A DNA stretch of 64,000 nt from positions 32,001 through 96,000 of the forward strand of contig CAWHDT010000005.1 of the NCBI GenBank assembly GCA_963828195.1, read 5' to 3'. Below, in pieces: positions 62,484-64,000 of the stretch. The DNA is from Candidatus Bathyarchaeota archaeon. Its GTDB lineage: Archaea; Thermoproteota; Bathyarchaeia; Bathyarchaeales; Bathycorpusculaceae. The notes beneath the pieces are model-generated. The model ran no database searches. It was not told the DNA's origin and worked only from the letters and a program-made list of their open reading frames with translations. The position numbers were made by a program, and so were the translations under genes. Positions within the stretch are counted from its first letter, which is position 1. Each line of letters opens with the position of its first letter.

Positions 62484-63195
62484 TTCCTGCCTACGCAAAG
62501 CCAGAATCATCCTGCTGCTTTATTTTTAGAATTGCCAAATAAACAAGTCCAGCTCCGCTTGTTTAAAACCTTACATAACAAGCTTAGCGGCTTCCGCTAT
62601 TATTAGAACTTCACGAGCCCAGAAGCCAGCCGACCTTAAGAGCTTTGTATACAAAAGCATCAACCAAAAAGCTTGACTGCCTTAATTTCGGCAGCTTAAG
62701 TTTTCAAAAAACTTCGAAGCCTAACGAACTTTATATATACGTTGCAGATTTAAAACCAAAGTCGGTTAAAAAGAGCAAACAAGAGCGCAACTGATTTTTT
62801 AAATTAGAAAATAGACGCCTTAAGCCATTAAACATGTTCAGTATCACTTAAAATTATTTTTTTGGGGCTAAATTAATCGGTTTTGGGTCAGTAAGAGGTT
62901 GACTCTCAGCTTTTGACCTGACTATATTTAGAAAAATGCATGCCGAACAACTTTTTTATTAAACGAAAGCCAGTAAGAACGTTCATTTTAAACACATAAA
63001 CGTCAAAAGAATCTTAAACTTTCATGCAAAATTCAACATTACTTGCAATTATCCACGTTATTTTTGTTTTGGTGAGGCGTTCGGGCGGCGAAGCCTCGTC
63101 AATTTTGCCTTTTGCGAAAATCGGATTTCATGAAGTTTGTACCCTTAGAAACGTTTTTCAGCGCTTCATGTGATAAACAATTAGAAGAGGTTGCA

Positions 63196-63612
63196 ATGTC
63201 AAACTTTAAAGTTGTAAACAAAAGCTACAGCTTCACCACGAGGGGCGAAATCGACTTTATTGATTTATCTGACAAAGTGCAGGAGGAGGTTTCGTTTTCA
63301 GGCGTCAAAAACGGAGTAGTTCATATCTTCGCGCCTCACGCAACAGGCATCCTGATTTTGACGGAAAACGATTCTGCATTGCTAGACGACATTAAAGCGC
63401 TGTTGGAGGAACTTGCGCCAAAAAACAAGGAATATCATCATCCATCTAACGCTCATTCACATTTGCGCTCAATGATTTTTCCGCCAGATAAAACACTGCC
63501 CATAGTTGGTGGCCACATAGCTTTTGGAACTTGGCAGTCGCTGCTTTTTGTTGAAACAGATGTTTACCCGAGGAAAAGAACCGTAATAATCCAGGTCATG
63601 GGCGAGCAATAA
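63196..63612 (+). CDS. yjbQ: YjbQ/UPF0047 family protein
   Basis: PHATG..LTEN, Y.H..NAHSHLRS, GTWQ..LFVE.D..RKR. Confidence 0.92.
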   Translation: MSNFKVVNKSYSFTTRGEIDFIDLSDKVQEEVSFSGVKNGVVHIFAPHATGILILTENDSALLDDIKALLEELAPKNKEYHHPSNAHSHLRSMIFPPDKTLPIVGGHIAFGTWQSLLFVETDVYPRKRTVIIQVMGEQ

Positions 63613-64000
63613 AAAACAGCAACATCGCTTTTGGCTGTGTGATAAATTTTGCGAAGGTTTCTGATTTCGCGTCTCGTACAGGCAAGAACAAGTGGCTAGC
63701 ATGGTATTTTTAACGTTTTAATGATAATCCAATAACATAGCAAACTATTTTTTAACTATTTATTGTAAAAAATTACCATTCGGAATAGTTTCGCCTCGCA
63801 TCAAAAAAACATTAACTCAATTTTGAACTGCTGAACCGAGTCTGCAAGCTAAAACTACCTGATAAGACTGAATAAACCCGCTAACAGAAGCGCGAAAACT
63901 GGCTAAAAACATTGAAAATCAAAATTAATTAAAGCCAATTACAACAATGTTTCAAAATTAGGTCTTTTTCAAATGGTTGCACCGCCAAATGCAGGAAACG

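Larger units (their letters stand above)
56067..62668. repeat. Dispersed intergenic motif TTTGGTTGATGCTTTTGTATAC, 5 copies
   Basis: 56067-56090(-), 56770-56795(+), 60734-60748(+, core only), 61001-61026(-), 62647-62668(-). Confidence 0.75.

Noticed and set aside
56067-62668. CRISPR array interpretation of the dispersed motif
   Set aside because: Copies are hundreds to thousands of bp apart in mixed orientation; no cas genes are present.

Overview
Archaeal chromosomal window. The gene content (Alba, TBP, RpoP, group II chaperonins, CDC48, Hjc-like nuclease, eL38, PEF-like sorting signal, frequent TTG starts) points to a TACK archaeon, probably Bathyarchaeia; this is inferred, not database-checked. 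1-10 kb: radical SAM protein, trmI, response regulator, surface protein, divergent PadR pair, NTase-kinase fusion, RNase J-like nuclease. 10-18 kb: accessory region with a VapBC pair and a single-polypeptide DarT-DarG fusion. 18-35 kb: glgP, PAS protein, BlaI/BlaR-like pair, frameshifted HtrA, several peptidases, an ABC transporter and three tRNAs. About 35.5-54.8 kb: an element bounded by the 3' end of tRNA-Val(CAC) and a direct-repeat copy of it. It has no visible integrase but carries an HNH nuclease, two Alba, RpoP, a divergent TBP, CDC48, two thermosome subunits, many Zn-finger micro-ORFs, pseudogenes and an IS1182. 55-64 kb: eL38, nucleases, an ABC transporter, yjbQ and long intergenic stretches with a five-copy dispersed motif. 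The leading candidates for a novel system are the transcription/chromatin/proteostasis island and the DarT-DarG fusion. All family calls come from recognising motifs by eye.
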